DNA of 64,000 nt from an uncultured Bacteroidales bacterium (lineage in GTDB: Bacteria; Bacteroidota; Bacteroidia; Bacteroidales; SZUA-534): assembly GCA_902790595.1 (NCBI GenBank), contig CADASL010000009.1, positions 25,229 to 89,228 on the forward strand. The letters are read 5' to 3'. Shown here piece after piece: positions 32,728-42,397 of this stretch (its first letter is position 1; each line of letters begins with the position of its first letter). The notes under the pieces were generated by a model. It made no database searches and had not been told where the DNA came from. It saw nothing but the letters and a program-made list of their open reading frames with translations. The position numbers and the translations under genes are program-made.

Positions 32728-33549
32728 ATGAATATGAAAATCGCAATTCAAGGAGTGAACGGAGCCTTTCACGAAATAGCCGCAAGGCAGTATTTCGGTG
32801 CCGATATTGAGACGGTCAACTGTGACCAATTCCGCGATTTGTTCCGCGCCGTTGAGGACTGCACGGCCGATTACGGCATCGTGGCCATCGAGAACACCAT
32901 TGCGGGCAGCATTCTGGAGAACTACCTGCTGCTCAAGCGCTCGAAACTCAAGGTGATTGGCGAACTCAACCTTCACATCACGCAAAACCTTATGGCTCTG
33001 CCTGGTACGCGGATTGAGGACATCACGGAGGTTTACTCGCACCCAATCGCTATTCAGCAAAGCAAGGATTTTTTCGATAACTATCCGAATATCAAAATGA
33101 TAAACTGGTCGGATACGGCATCGGCGGCGCAGAAGGTGGCCGAAGAGAAACTTACGCACACGGCGGCCATTGCAAGTGAGTATGCTGCCGAACTCTATGG
33201 TCTTCAGATACTTGCAGCGCAGATTCAGACTCACAAGAAGAACTACACGCGCTTTCTGGCCATCAGCCGAACAGCGGTCGATTCGCCTGAAAACGACAAG
33301 GCGTCAATCTGCTTCGAACTGACGCATCAGCCTGGCTCGCTGGTTGACGTGCTTGCGGTGTTCAAGAACAACGACATCAACCTGACGAAAATTCAGTCGC
33401 TGCCGATTCTGGGCAGTCCGTTCCAATACGCGTTCTATGTTGACTTGCAGTGGAGCGACCGCAGCAATTTCGACCGCGCCACGAGCCGTGTGCTAAATCT
33501 TGTGTCGAACTTGTCAGTTCTGGGTGAGTACAAGGGTGCTAAAATGTAG
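32728..33549 (+). CDS. pheA: Prephenate dehydratase (with ACT domain)
   Basis: Start taken after the terminator (MNMKIAIQG...). 'AIENTIAGSI', 'TRFL' and the ACT region 'SICFELTHQPGSLVDVLAVF'. Confidence 0.9.
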   Translation: MNMKIAIQGVNGAFHEIAARQYFGADIETVNCDQFRDLFRAVEDCTADYGIVAIENTIAGSILENYLLLKRSKLKVIGELNLHITQNLMALPGTRIEDITEVYSHPIAIQQSKDFFDNYPNIKMINWSDTASAAQKVAEEKLTHTAAIASEYAAELYGLQILAAQIQTHKKNYTRFLAISRTAVDSPENDKASICFELTHQPGSLVDVLAVFKNNDINLTKIQSLPILGSPFQYAFYVDLQWSDRSNFDRATSRVLNLVSNLSVLGEYKGAKM

Positions 33550-33572
33550 TGGAATAATAAGTTACTTGGAAT

Positions 33573-34046
33573 ATGATTAGAGAAATGCAGGCGGACGATT
33601 GGTCGAGGGTTGCAGAGATATACAATCAAGGAATTGAAAGCGGCATATCGACCTTCAACACAAAATGTCCTGATTATGAAAGTTGGGACGCTGGACACAC
33701 AAAAAACTGCCGTTTCGTGTATGAGGAAGGCGGCAAGGTTGTTGGTTGGATAGCCGTCAGCCCCACATCTTCGCGCTGCGTTTATAAGGGCTGTGTTGAG
33801 GCAAGCGTTTATGTCGACGCTGATTATCAGCAGAAAGGAATAGGCGAAAAACTTATGCGCAAACTCATTGAGGAGGCGCCGAAGGCAGGATACTGGAGCA
33901 TTTATTCGGTCATTATTTCGCTTAATGTGGCAAGCATCGCACTTCATAAAAAATGCGGTTTCCGCGAAATTGGTTATCGCGAAAGAGTTGCGATTGACCG
34001 TTTCGGCAAGTGGCAGAATACAACTTTAATGGAACTTCGTTTTTAA
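33573..34046 (+). CDS. GNAT N-acetyltransferase, phosphinothricin/MSO-acetyltransferase-like
   Basis: 157 aa. 'VGWIAVSP...RCVYKGCVEASVYVDADYQQKGIGEKLM' and 'FGKWQNTTLMEL', typical of PAT-type GNATs. Confidence 0.8.
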   Translation: MIREMQADDWSRVAEIYNQGIESGISTFNTKCPDYESWDAGHTKNCRFVYEEGGKVVGWIAVSPTSSRCVYKGCVEASVYVDADYQQKGIGEKLMRKLIEEAPKAGYWSIYSVIISLNVASIALHKKCGFREIGYRERVAIDRFGKWQNTTLMELRF

Positions 34047-34137
34047 TTTTGAAGATAAAAATCAGTTGAATCTCATTTTAATCAAAAATCGAAAATCAGA
34101 AATCAAAAATAAATAAAAATCAATAAATCAAATAATT
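34047..34137 (+). repeat. Short-period A-rich tract (AATCnnn heptamers)
   Basis: aatcaaa|aatcgaa|aatcaga|aatcaaa|aataaat|aaaaatc|aataaat... Confidence 0.8.
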
Positions 34138-34980
34138 ATGGTAGTAACAATCATTGGTTTGGGTTTGATTGGCGGTTCAACCGCAATCGACATTCGTCAG
34201 CAGAAGTTTGCTGATTCAATCATCGGTGTTGACAGCAACCCGACAAACGCCGCTGGAGCGGAGCACATCGGGCTTGTTGACGAGATTTGTGAGTTGGAGG
34301 ACGGTGTGAAGCGCGCCGACCTGATTCTGGTGGCCGTGCCCGTGAACGCGGCGCTGAAGGTGCTTCCGAAGGTTCTCGACCTTGTGAACGACAATCAGGT
34401 GGTGGCCGATATGTGTTCGGTCAAAGGCAAGTTGTGCGATTGGGTGAAGTATCATCCTAAACGTCAGCGTTATGTGGCTTCGCACCCAATGGCGGGAACG
34501 GAGTATTCGGGCCCGTGGGCGGCCAAGGCGGGAATGTTCGCTGGCAAGGTGGCCATTCTGTGCGACACCGAGGACAGCGACATCAAGGCTGTGAATCTGG
34601 TGCGCCGAATGTACGAGGCAATGTATATGCGCATCATCTTTATGAACAGCGCCAACCACGACGTGCACACGGCTTACGTGTCGGCCATCTCGCACATCAG
34701 TTCGTTTGCGCTGGCGCTCACCGTTTTGGACAAGGAGAAGAACGAAAAGCATATTTTCGACCTTGCGTCGGGCGGTTTCGACTCGACGGTGCGTCTGGCA
34801 AAGAGTTCGGCGGCTATGTGGCAGCCTATCTTTGAGCAGAACAAGGACAACGTGCTCATTGTGCTCGACACCTATATTAAATATCTTCAGGAGTTTAAGA
34901 AGAATCTGGAGGACGACAATAACGAGGCCGTCTACAATATGATTGACGAGGCCAACAGGATTCGCAGAGTGCTGAAATAG
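34138..34980 (+). CDS. tyrA: Prephenate dehydrogenase
   Basis: 280 aa with the Rossmann motif 'VVTIIGLGLIGGS', plus 'SVKG' and 'SHPMAGTE'. Confidence 0.85.
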   Translation: MVVTIIGLGLIGGSTAIDIRQQKFADSIIGVDSNPTNAAGAEHIGLVDEICELEDGVKRADLILVAVPVNAALKVLPKVLDLVNDNQVVADMCSVKGKLCDWVKYHPKRQRYVASHPMAGTEYSGPWAAKAGMFAGKVAILCDTEDSDIKAVNLVRRMYEAMYMRIIFMNSANHDVHTAYVSAISHISSFALALTVLDKEKNEKHIFDLASGGFDSTVRLAKSSAAMWQPIFEQNKDNVLIVLDTYIKYLQEFKKNLEDDNNEAVYNMIDEANRIRRVLK

Positions 34981-35100
34981 AGAGTAAAGTTGAGAGAGTA
35001 AAGAGTAAAGGTATGAAGTCATAAGTAAAAGAGTCATAAATATTTAATCGACATTAAACATTACTCATTACTCATTACACTTTATCCTTTACTCAAAAAT
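34981..35100 (+). repeat. Short-period tract with both orientations of 'gagtaaagg'-type words
   Basis: gagtaaa|gagtaaa|ggtatga... on the left, and cattact|cattact|cattaca|ctttatc|ctttact on the right. 'cctttactc' is the reverse complement of 'gagtaaagg'. Confidence 0.75.
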
Positions 35101-35126
35101 ATTAACGATTAAATAACAATAAGATA

Positions 35127-36212
35127 ATGAACACAACAGAAACCCCGTTTGAATCGTGGGGAATTATAAAGAACACAAAGCGTCCTGTGGTGATTGCAGG
35201 ACCTTGCAGCGCCGAGACTGAAGAGCAAGTGCTGACAACCGCCCGCGGCCTGAAAGAGCAGGGCATTGAGATTTTCCGTGCGGGAATCTGGAAACCGCGC
35301 ACCCGTCCGAATTCGTTCGAAGGTGTTGGCTCTGAAGGACTTACCTGGTTGAAACGCGTGAAGGCCGAGACTGGTCTGCTCACTTCGACCGAAGTTGCCA
35401 ATTTCAAGCACGTTTACGAGGCGTTGCGCGCTGGAGTTGATATTCTCTGGATTGGCGCCCGCACGTCGGCCAACCCGTTTGCAATGCAGGAGATTGCCGA
35501 CGCTCTGCAAGGCGTTGACGTTCCTGTACTTATCAAGAATCCCGTGAACCCCGACGTTGAGTTGTGGGTGGGCGCCGTTGAGCGCATTATGGGCGCTGGA
35601 ATCAAGCGCGTGGGCGTCATTCACCGCGGTTTCTCGTCGTTTGAGAAGACGCGTTTCCGCAACGTTCCGCAGTGGCAAATGGCCATTGAGTTCCGCCGCC
35701 GTATGCCTGGCTTGCCAATGATTTGCGACCCGTCGCACATTTCGGGCTGCACCGAACTGCTTCAGGAAGTGTCGCAGAAAGCGCTCGACCTGAACTACGA
35801 CGGCCTGATTATCGAGAGCCACTGCAACCCGAAGGAGGCCTGGAGCGACGCCAAGCAGCAACTGACACCCGAAGATTTGGGTAAATTGCTGAAATCGTTG
35901 GTTTTGCGTAACGTTGAACTCGACCAAGCGCAGAAGGAGACTTTGGACGACCTTCGTCTGAAAATCGACAAGTTCGACGAGGATTTGCTCAAGACTTTGG
36001 GCGAGCGTATGAAGGTTGCCGAAGCCATTGGTCAATACAAGAAAGAACACAATATCACCATTTTACAGCCGTCGCGCTGGGACGAAATCATTAGCCGCAT
36101 TGTTGAGAAGGGCGCCAAGCACAACTTGAGCGAGGAGTTCATTTCCACCGTTTTCAAGGCCATTCACCAAGAGTCAATCAACAAGCAGACGGTGATTATG
36201 AATAATAACTGA
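35127..36212 (+). CDS. Bifunctional DAHP synthase (type I-beta) / chorismate mutase
   Basis: 361 aa. KDSA/DAHPS-like 'VIAGPCSAE...IFRAGIWKPRT' and 'CDPSH', plus a C-terminal AroQ chorismate-mutase helix bundle ('LDDLRLKIDKFDEDLLKTLGERMKVAEAIGQYK'). Confidence 0.9.
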   Translation: MNTTETPFESWGIIKNTKRPVVIAGPCSAETEEQVLTTARGLKEQGIEIFRAGIWKPRTRPNSFEGVGSEGLTWLKRVKAETGLLTSTEVANFKHVYEALRAGVDILWIGARTSANPFAMQEIADALQGVDVPVLIKNPVNPDVELWVGAVERIMGAGIKRVGVIHRGFSSFEKTRFRNVPQWQMAIEFRRRMPGLPMICDPSHISGCTELLQEVSQKALDLNYDGLIIESHCNPKEAWSDAKQQLTPEDLGKLLKSLVLRNVELDQAQKETLDDLRLKIDKFDEDLLKTLGERMKVAEAIGQYKKEHNITILQPSRWDEIISRIVEKGAKHNLSEEFISTVFKAIHQESINKQTVIMNNN

Positions 36213-36352
36213 TTGATTGAAGGATTGAATAATTGAATAATTGAGTAAAGTATAAAGAGTAATGTGTAAGGATTAGAGACTCAATGAGTTGAGACGATTC
36301 GCTATTGAGAAAACTAAACCTTCTAAACTCTAACCTTCTAAACTTTTAAACA
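36213..36352 (+). repeat. Short-period tract (8- then 7-nt units) ending in reverse-orientation 'aaccttctaaac' words
   Basis: attgaagg|attgaata|attgaata|attgagta, then aagtata|aagagta|atgtgta, then 'ctaaaccttctaaactctaaccttctaaac'. Confidence 0.8.
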
Positions 36353-37372
36353 TTGAAAACAACAACAATCCACGGAGCGCAAGGTGATTCGCAAATACTT
36401 GTGGGCGAGAGTTTTAAGAACTTCCGCAAGTATCTGCCCACGCAGCAGGTTGTGGTGATTACCGACCCCAACGTGAACGCCATTTACGGCAAGTATTTTG
36501 CTGATTTTCCGATAATTGAGATTGGCTTGGGCGAGAAATCGAAGACGCTCGACACGGTTTCGGCGGCGATAGGGCGGATGCTTGAGTTGAAAATCGACCG
36601 CAACGGCTTTGTGCTGGCGGTCGGAGGCGGCATTGTGACTGATGTTGCGGGCTTTGTGGCTTCCATTTACCAACGCGGAATCGGGTTCGGCTTTGTGTCG
36701 GGCACGCTGCTCTCGCAGGTCGATGCAAGCGTGGGCGGAAAGAACGGTGTTAACTATCTGGGATTCAAGAATATGGTTGGCACGTTCAATCAGCCGAAAT
36801 TCGTCATTTGCGACCCGCAGATGCTCACCACTCTGCCCGTCGACCAACTCGACAGCGGCTTTGCCGAAATTGTGAAGCACACGCTCATTGCCGACCGTCA
36901 AATGTTTGAGTATCTGGAAGAAAACGCCGAAAAGGCTTTGAATCTCGATATGGATGTGATTGAGACGCTGGTCGATAATTCGGTCAACATTAAGTCGGGC
37001 GTTGTGAACCGCGACGAGAAGGAGAGTGGCGAGCGTCGCAAACTCAATCTTGGCCACACCTACGGCCACGCCGCCGAAAAGGTGCTTCAGGTGAGCCACG
37101 GATTTGCCGTCAGCCTTGGATTGGTGGTGGCTGCGCGGCTCTCGGTCAAGCGCGGGCTGCTCATTCAGGCCGATGCCGACCGCATTGTGGCGCTGCTCAA
37201 GCGGCTCAACCTGCCAACCGTCATAACTGGCGATAAACAAGCCATTTACAGCGCTTTGGAACTCGACAAGAAGCGCGAAGGCTCGCAAATCAACTTTGTG
37301 CTGATGCGCGGCATTGGCGATGTGGTGATTGAGAAAATTGATATTAACGAACTGAAACAGATAGAGTTATGA
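36353..37372 (+). CDS. aroB: 3-dehydroquinate synthase
   Basis: 339 aa with an apparent TTG start. 'GGGIVTDVAGFVA', 'VGGKNGVN' and 'LNLGHTYGHA'. Confidence 0.88.
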   Translation: MKTTTIHGAQGDSQILVGESFKNFRKYLPTQQVVVITDPNVNAIYGKYFADFPIIEIGLGEKSKTLDTVSAAIGRMLELKIDRNGFVLAVGGGIVTDVAGFVASIYQRGIGFGFVSGTLLSQVDASVGGKNGVNYLGFKNMVGTFNQPKFVICDPQMLTTLPVDQLDSGFAEIVKHTLIADRQMFEYLEENAEKALNLDMDVIETLVDNSVNIKSGVVNRDEKESGERRKLNLGHTYGHAAEKVLQVSHGFAVSLGLVVAARLSVKRGLLIQADADRIVALLKRLNLPTVITGDKQAIYSALELDKKREGSQINFVLMRGIGDVVIEKIDINELKQIEL

Positions 37373-38016
37373 CAGCATTTTGCCGCTCGGTGGCGATAAA
37401 AGGCTACGATGCCGTTAGCCGCCTGGTTCAGGGGGCCGAGATGGTCGAAATCCGCCTTGAGGAATCGGGACTGACAATCGATGAGACTCGCCAACTGTTT
37501 GGCACTCACCCGAATATGCTTGCCACGTGCCGCCCCGTCGGACTGTCGCAAGCCGAGCAGACAGCCTATTTGCAGGCCGCTATTGAGGGTGGCGCCGCTT
37601 GGGTTGATGTTGAGGTTGAGGCCGACGACGACTATCGCCGCAACATTATCGACATTGCCCGCAGGCACAACTGCAAGGTGATTGTGTCGTATCACAATTA
37701 CGATGAGACACCGCAATTTCTTGAACTTCAGCAGATTGCCGACCTTGCGCACTCAATGGGCGCCGATGTGGTGAAGTTGGCTTGTATGTGCCATAGCAAA
37801 ACCGATGTTATGAATCTGTTGAATCTGTATAATGCCGATTATCAGATGCTTGCAATCGGAATGGGGCGTGTGGGCGCATTGACTCGCATTGCCGCCATCA
37901 CAATGGACGCACCATTCACTTTTGTCGCCACAGCCGACGGCGGAGCAACCGCACCTGGCCAAATCGACGAAGGTATTATGCTCAAAATGAAACAATTGCT
38001 TACCGAAACAAAATGA
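37369..38016 (+). CDS. aroD: Type I 3-dehydroquinate dehydratase
   Basis: 215 aa. 'VIVSYHNY' (catalytic His context), 'VVKLA' (Schiff-base Lys context), 'MGRVGALTRI' and 'APGQ'. It has ATGA overlap with aroB. Confidence 0.8.
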   Translation: MTAFCRSVAIKGYDAVSRLVQGAEMVEIRLEESGLTIDETRQLFGTHPNMLATCRPVGLSQAEQTAYLQAAIEGGAAWVDVEVEADDDYRRNIIDIARRHNCKVIVSYHNYDETPQFLELQQIADLAHSMGADVVKLACMCHSKTDVMNLLNLYNADYQMLAIGMGRVGALTRIAAITMDAPFTFVATADGGATAPGQIDEGIMLKMKQLLTETK

Positions 38017-39266
38017 ATTTAACTATAAAGCCATCGAAAGTTGCTGGAAGCGTGACGGCGCCGCCATCGAAAAGTTATATGCAGCGTGCCATCGCGCTTG
38101 CCGTTTTGTCGCATAAACCGACCATAATCAGCAACTTGTCGGATTGCAACGATTGCCGTGCGGCGATTGGTGTTGCCAAAAGTCTTGGCTGCGAGGTTGA
38201 CCTTTCCGATGCCGAACTGAAGATTTTCCCGCCTGTCAACGGATTGAGTGGCAGTCATTTGCATTGCGGCGAGTCGGGTTTGGCACTTCGTATGTTCACG
38301 CCCGTTGCATCGTTGCTCGGTAGCGAGGTGGTGCTGACAGGCGAGGGGTCGCTGCAGCAGCGGCCTGTTGGTTTTATGGAGGACACTCTGCGTCAGTTAG
38401 GCGTTGATATTCAGTCGGATAAAGGGTTGCTACCAATCAAGGTCAAAGGTCCGATGAAAGGCGGAAAAGCCACGGTTGACGGTTCGGTAAGTTCGCAGTT
38501 CCTGACGGGATTGTTGCTTGCGTTGCCAACGCTTAAAACCGATTCGGTGCTGACAGTCAGCAATTTGACGAGCCGCCCATACATTGATATGACGCTTCAG
38601 ATTATGCGTGATTTTGGTGTTTCGGTTGAAAATGCTAATTATGAGCAGTTCAGCATAAAAGGCGGGCAGGAGTACGTCAACGCCAATTACCGTGTTGAGG
38701 GCGATTGGAGTGGGGCGGCGGCGTTCATTGTTGCTGCAGCCATTGCAGGAACGCTGAAAATCAACGGTTTGAATCCGCAATCGGCTCAAGCCGACCGCGC
38801 CATTATTGACGTGTTGCGGCTCACAGGCACAAAATTTGCTTTTGATGCTGATAATTGCCTGATTGTCAATAAAAACGACAATCTGCAACCATTCAATTTC
38901 GATGCCACAAACTGCCCCGATTTGTTCCCCGTTCTGGCGGCTTTGGCGGCCAATTGCAAAGGCACGTCGGCCATTGCGGGCGTTCACCGTCTCACCCACA
39001 AGGAGAGCAACCGCGCCGAGGCAATCAGGCGCGAACTTGGCAAACTCGGCGTCAGCGTTGAGTTTGAAGGCGATAAGATGATTGTGACTGGCGGCCCGAT
39101 TAGTGGTGGCGAGGCTTCGGCCTGCAACGACCACCGAATGGCTATGTCGCTGGCACTCTGCGCTTTGACGGCTTCGTCGGCTGTGACAATCGAAGGCACG
39201 GAGTGCGTCGGCAAGTCGTATCCTGGCTTTTTCGATGATTTTGAAATAGTTACAAAAAATGTATAG
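38013..39266 (+). CDS. aroA: 3-phosphoshikimate 1-carboxyvinyltransferase (EPSP synthase)
   Basis: 417 aa. 'PPSKSYMQRA', 'SVSSQFLTGLLLALP' and 'HKESNRA'. Confidence 0.9.
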   Translation: MNLTIKPSKVAGSVTAPPSKSYMQRAIALAVLSHKPTIISNLSDCNDCRAAIGVAKSLGCEVDLSDAELKIFPPVNGLSGSHLHCGESGLALRMFTPVASLLGSEVVLTGEGSLQQRPVGFMEDTLRQLGVDIQSDKGLLPIKVKGPMKGGKATVDGSVSSQFLTGLLLALPTLKTDSVLTVSNLTSRPYIDMTLQIMRDFGVSVENANYEQFSIKGGQEYVNANYRVEGDWSGAAAFIVAAAIAGTLKINGLNPQSAQADRAIIDVLRLTGTKFAFDADNCLIVNKNDNLQPFNFDATNCPDLFPVLAALAANCKGTSAIAGVHRLTHKESNRAEAIRRELGKLGVSVEFEGDKMIVTGGPISGGEASACNDHRMAMSLALCALTASSAVTIEGTECVGKSYPGFFDDFEIVTKNV

Positions 39267-39966
39267 TCTCGATTACAAAGTTACAGTCTCGATGTGCGAC
39301 GCCGACGGTCGTTTAAAACTGTTTTCGGCTTTGCAGATGATGCAGGATTGTTCAGAACTTTGGAAAACATCGGAACCTGTTTACGACCAATACTTTACCG
39401 AAAACGGAATGGCTCAACTTCTGGCATCGCGGCAGGTCGAAGTTGTGCGAGTACCGCAATACAAAGAGAATCTGAAAGTTACCACATCGGTTTTCGACAT
39501 TAATCCGATGTTCGGTTTCCGCAATACGTTCATCTACGATGCCAACGGACTGCCTTGCTATAAGAGTTGGAGCACGGGTGCGTTTGTAAAACTCGACACT
39601 GGCAAACTGAACAAAATCAGCGACGAATTGGTCGCAAATTTCAATCGAGAGCCTAAACTTGAGATGAATTATGCCGACCGTAGAATTATTGTGCCGAAGA
39701 TAAATCCAGCAAGCACAGTTAGTTATGTGGTGCAGCGCAACGACATCGACTATAACCGCCATATGAACAACGCCAACTATATTCGTTTGGCACTCGAGGC
39801 CCTGCCTGATGATTTTGAGGTCCGCAATATGCGCGTTGAGTTTAAAAAACCTGCCAAACTGTCCGACGAACTGATTTTGGAAGTTGTTAATCAGTCCGAT
39901 GACACTATATTTGTTGTGGAGAAATTGGCGGAGCAGATAAGCACAATCATCGAATTGAAAAAATAA
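39259..39966 (+). CDS. Acyl-ACP thioesterase family (hotdog) protein
   Basis: 235 aa with an 8-nt overlap with aroA. The N-terminus 'VSMCDADGRLKLFSALQMMQDCSE' and the second hotdog half 'VQRNDIDYNRHMNNANYI' fit the family. Confidence 0.75.
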   Translation: MYSLDYKVTVSMCDADGRLKLFSALQMMQDCSELWKTSEPVYDQYFTENGMAQLLASRQVEVVRVPQYKENLKVTTSVFDINPMFGFRNTFIYDANGLPCYKSWSTGAFVKLDTGKLNKISDELVANFNREPKLEMNYADRRIIVPKINPASTVSYVVQRNDIDYNRHMNNANYIRLALEALPDDFEVRNMRVEFKKPAKLSDELILEVVNQSDDTIFVVEKLAEQISTIIELKK

Positions 39967-39976
39967 AATATTGATT

Positions 39977-40948
39977 ATGAACACATTTGGTAGAATCTTC
40001 AGAGTGAGCATTTTTGGTGAGTCGCACGGAGCGCAGGTGGGCGTTGTGATTGACGGCTGCCCTGCAGGTATCGCACTGACTGACAGCGATTTCACTGCCG
40101 ACTTGCAACGTCGCAAAAGTGGCGCGAAAGGCACCACGCCGCGCATCGAGGCCGACGAGCAGGAGATTGTTTCGGGCGTGTTCGACGGCCACACCACTGG
40201 CACCCCGATAACCATTTTGTTCAAAAACGCCAACACTCATTCGTCTGACTATTCGAACCTTGTGGCGCAGCCCCGTCCTGGTCACGCCGACTTCACTGGC
40301 CGCTGCAAATACAACGGTTTCAACGATTACCGTGGCGGCGGGCATTTCTCGGCGCGCAACACGGTGGGCATTGTGGCCGCGGGCGTTGTGGCCAAAAAGG
40401 TGCTCGACGGCGTCAGCATTCGCTCAACGCTTGTCGAAGTTGGCGGTCAAGCCGATATTGAAGCCGCTGTGGCCAAGGCTATGGCGCAGAACGATTCGGT
40501 TGGCGGGCTTGTCGATTGCCGCGTGACGGGGCTTCCCGTCGGGTGGGGCGAGCCATTCTGGGATTCGGTCGAGTCGCTAATCAGCCACGCGGTGTTTGCC
40601 ATTCCTGCCGTCAAGGGCATTGAGTTCGGAAGCGGATTCGCGGCGGCGCAAATGTTTGGCTCACAGCATAACGATGCCATAATCGATGAGCGCGGTACCA
40701 CCGCCACCAACAACGCAGGCGGCATAAACGGCGGAATCACCAACGGCAACGAAATCTATTTCCGCCTTGCGGTGAAGCCCACAGCAAGCATTGCCCGTGA
40801 GCAGCAGACCTACAATTTTGAGACTCACAAGGTTGAACCACTGATAGTTAAAGGCCGCCACGACGCTTGTATCGCCTTGCGCGTCCCGCCCATTGTCGAA
40901 GCAATGACCGCCATTGTGCTGGCCGATTTGAAGTTGCGGGCCAAATAA
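39977..40948 (+). CDS. aroC: Chorismate synthase
   Basis: ATG at 39977 (MNTFGRIFRVSIFGESHG...). 'RPGHADF', 'GGGHFSAR' and 'KGRHDAC'. Confidence 0.9.
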   Translation: MNTFGRIFRVSIFGESHGAQVGVVIDGCPAGIALTDSDFTADLQRRKSGAKGTTPRIEADEQEIVSGVFDGHTTGTPITILFKNANTHSSDYSNLVAQPRPGHADFTGRCKYNGFNDYRGGGHFSARNTVGIVAAGVVAKKVLDGVSIRSTLVEVGGQADIEAAVAKAMAQNDSVGGLVDCRVTGLPVGWGEPFWDSVESLISHAVFAIPAVKGIEFGSGFAAAQMFGSQHNDAIIDERGTTATNNAGGINGGITNGNEIYFRLAVKPTASIAREQQTYNFETHKVEPLIVKGRHDACIALRVPPIVEAMTAIVLADLKLRAK

Positions 40949-41049
40949 ATCAGCATCGGGCTGCGTTCTGAGCATCGTTAACAGTTTATCGTCAATAGTA
41001 ATTGTTATCGTTGTCTTCATCGTCAAATAAAAACGCTACTTTTGGCGCT

Positions 41050-41616
41050 ATGAATCGAATAGCAAAATTGTTTTTTGGGGTAGTGGCATTGGCTGTCGCG
41101 TTTGCGGCGTGCAACAACGAGCCGCCCGAGTGCGCTTCCGACCCTTTCTCGCCGCTGCGGTGCCAGCTGACGCAGCTGTCGGGCAAGAAAATTGACACGG
41201 TTATCATCGCAAAAGTCAGCATCGATAGCGTTATCACCGTCGATAGTTTCCTTTGCAGGAAAAAACAATTGCCAAACGTGGTGTCGGTGCCGCTCGAATT
41301 CAACGGCGACACCACTTTCGTGCAGTTCACCATCATCGGCAAGACGAAGACCGTGTTGGATGTCTACAGCACCATCCTCTGCGTGACATCGACCCCCGAG
41401 TTGAACATTGTTAATCTCGATTGCGGCCCGGTTTACAATTATCGCGATTTGGATTTCAGTTTCAAGTCCGTGTCCGGGATTGATTTTGAGCTGGGTCTTA
41501 ATGATTCGGTAGTGTCGGTTGATACCATAAATTACAGAATGTCAATCGATTCGCTGCAAATTTTCACTTACGACGTTGACCAGGACTATGAAGTGCACGC
41601 CAAGATATTTTTTTAG
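41050..41616 (+). CDS. Hypothetical lipoprotein
   Basis: Inner ATG (MNRIAKLFFGVVALAVAFAACNNE) with a lipobox. It overlaps the next gene by 29 nt. I do not confidently recognise the family. Confidence 0.55.
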   Translation: MNRIAKLFFGVVALAVAFAACNNEPPECASDPFSPLRCQLTQLSGKKIDTVIIAKVSIDSVITVDSFLCRKKQLPNVVSVPLEFNGDTTFVQFTIIGKTKTVLDVYSTILCVTSTPELNIVNLDCGPVYNYRDLDFSFKSVSGIDFELGLNDSVVSVDTINYRMSIDSLQIFTYDVDQDYEVHAKIFF

Positions 41617-42292
41617 CCTTCTGGCCGTATGCGCATCGGCGGCAAGCCTGGCCCAGGAGCCGGTTTACGAGGCAATGCCGCGCCGTCAGGTGTTTGTGCG
41701 TGTGGGTTACGATTTGTCGCGGCTGGCCTTGCCACACGTGCGCAACAACGGCTCGCGCGGGTTCGAGTTGTCGGTTGACGGCGAGCTGGCCTACAATTTC
41801 TTCCCGACAGTCGAGGTTGGACAGCAATCGCTCAAGCGAAGTTCCGACAGTCTGCGGTACTCAATGTCTGGCGATTATTTCCGTGTGGGACTCGACTATA
41901 ATGTCATCAAATACAAGCATCGGCTCGACCGCGATATTTTCTTTCTGGGTGTGCGCTTGGGCGCGACACGATTCTCGCACGAGGCGCCTTTGGCTGTGGT
42001 GAGCGGAGTTTTGGGCACCGATGAGTGCAGCATCCCGAAGGCAAACTTGAAAGCCACGTGGGGTGAGGCCGTGGTGGGACTGAAAGGCGAGCTGTTTAGG
42101 AATTTTTATATGGGCGTCACGGTGCGCGCGAAAATGATGTTCTCGCACACTTCTTATAATACTATGACGCCGTACATTATCCCCGGATTTGGAAAGGGAT
42201 TCTACCGTTTCAACGCCGGACTGAGTTATTCAATCCTCTATGCCATTCCAATTCGTGGAGCAGGCTCTGACGGATTCCCGTCTGCCGAATAG
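41588..42292 (+). CDS. Putative outer-membrane beta-barrel protein
   Basis: Inner ATG (MKCTPRYFFSLLAVCASAASLAQE) with a signal peptide. It shows an alternating amphipathic strand pattern and an aromatic-rich C-terminus. Confidence 0.5.
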   Translation: MKCTPRYFFSLLAVCASAASLAQEPVYEAMPRRQVFVRVGYDLSRLALPHVRNNGSRGFELSVDGELAYNFFPTVEVGQQSLKRSSDSLRYSMSGDYFRVGLDYNVIKYKHRLDRDIFFLGVRLGATRFSHEAPLAVVSGVLGTDECSIPKANLKATWGEAVVGLKGELFRNFYMGVTVRAKMMFSHTSYNTMTPYIIPGFGKGFYRFNAGLSYSILYAIPIRGAGSDGFPSAE

Positions 42293-42346
42293 TTTCGGTT
42301 GCGCTTCCGTTTGCCGGATTTTAAATCAACATTGGTTTTATGACAC

Positions 42347-42385
42347 AAAAAAAGCCGTTCCCGAAGGAGCGGCTTTGTGTTTTTT
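42347..42385. terminator. Bidirectional intrinsic terminator between convergent genes
   Basis: aagccgttcc (42352-42361) pairs with ggagcggctt (42366-42375), flanked by an A-run and a T-run. Confidence 0.75.
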
Positions 42386-42397
42386 ATGCGTTAAATG

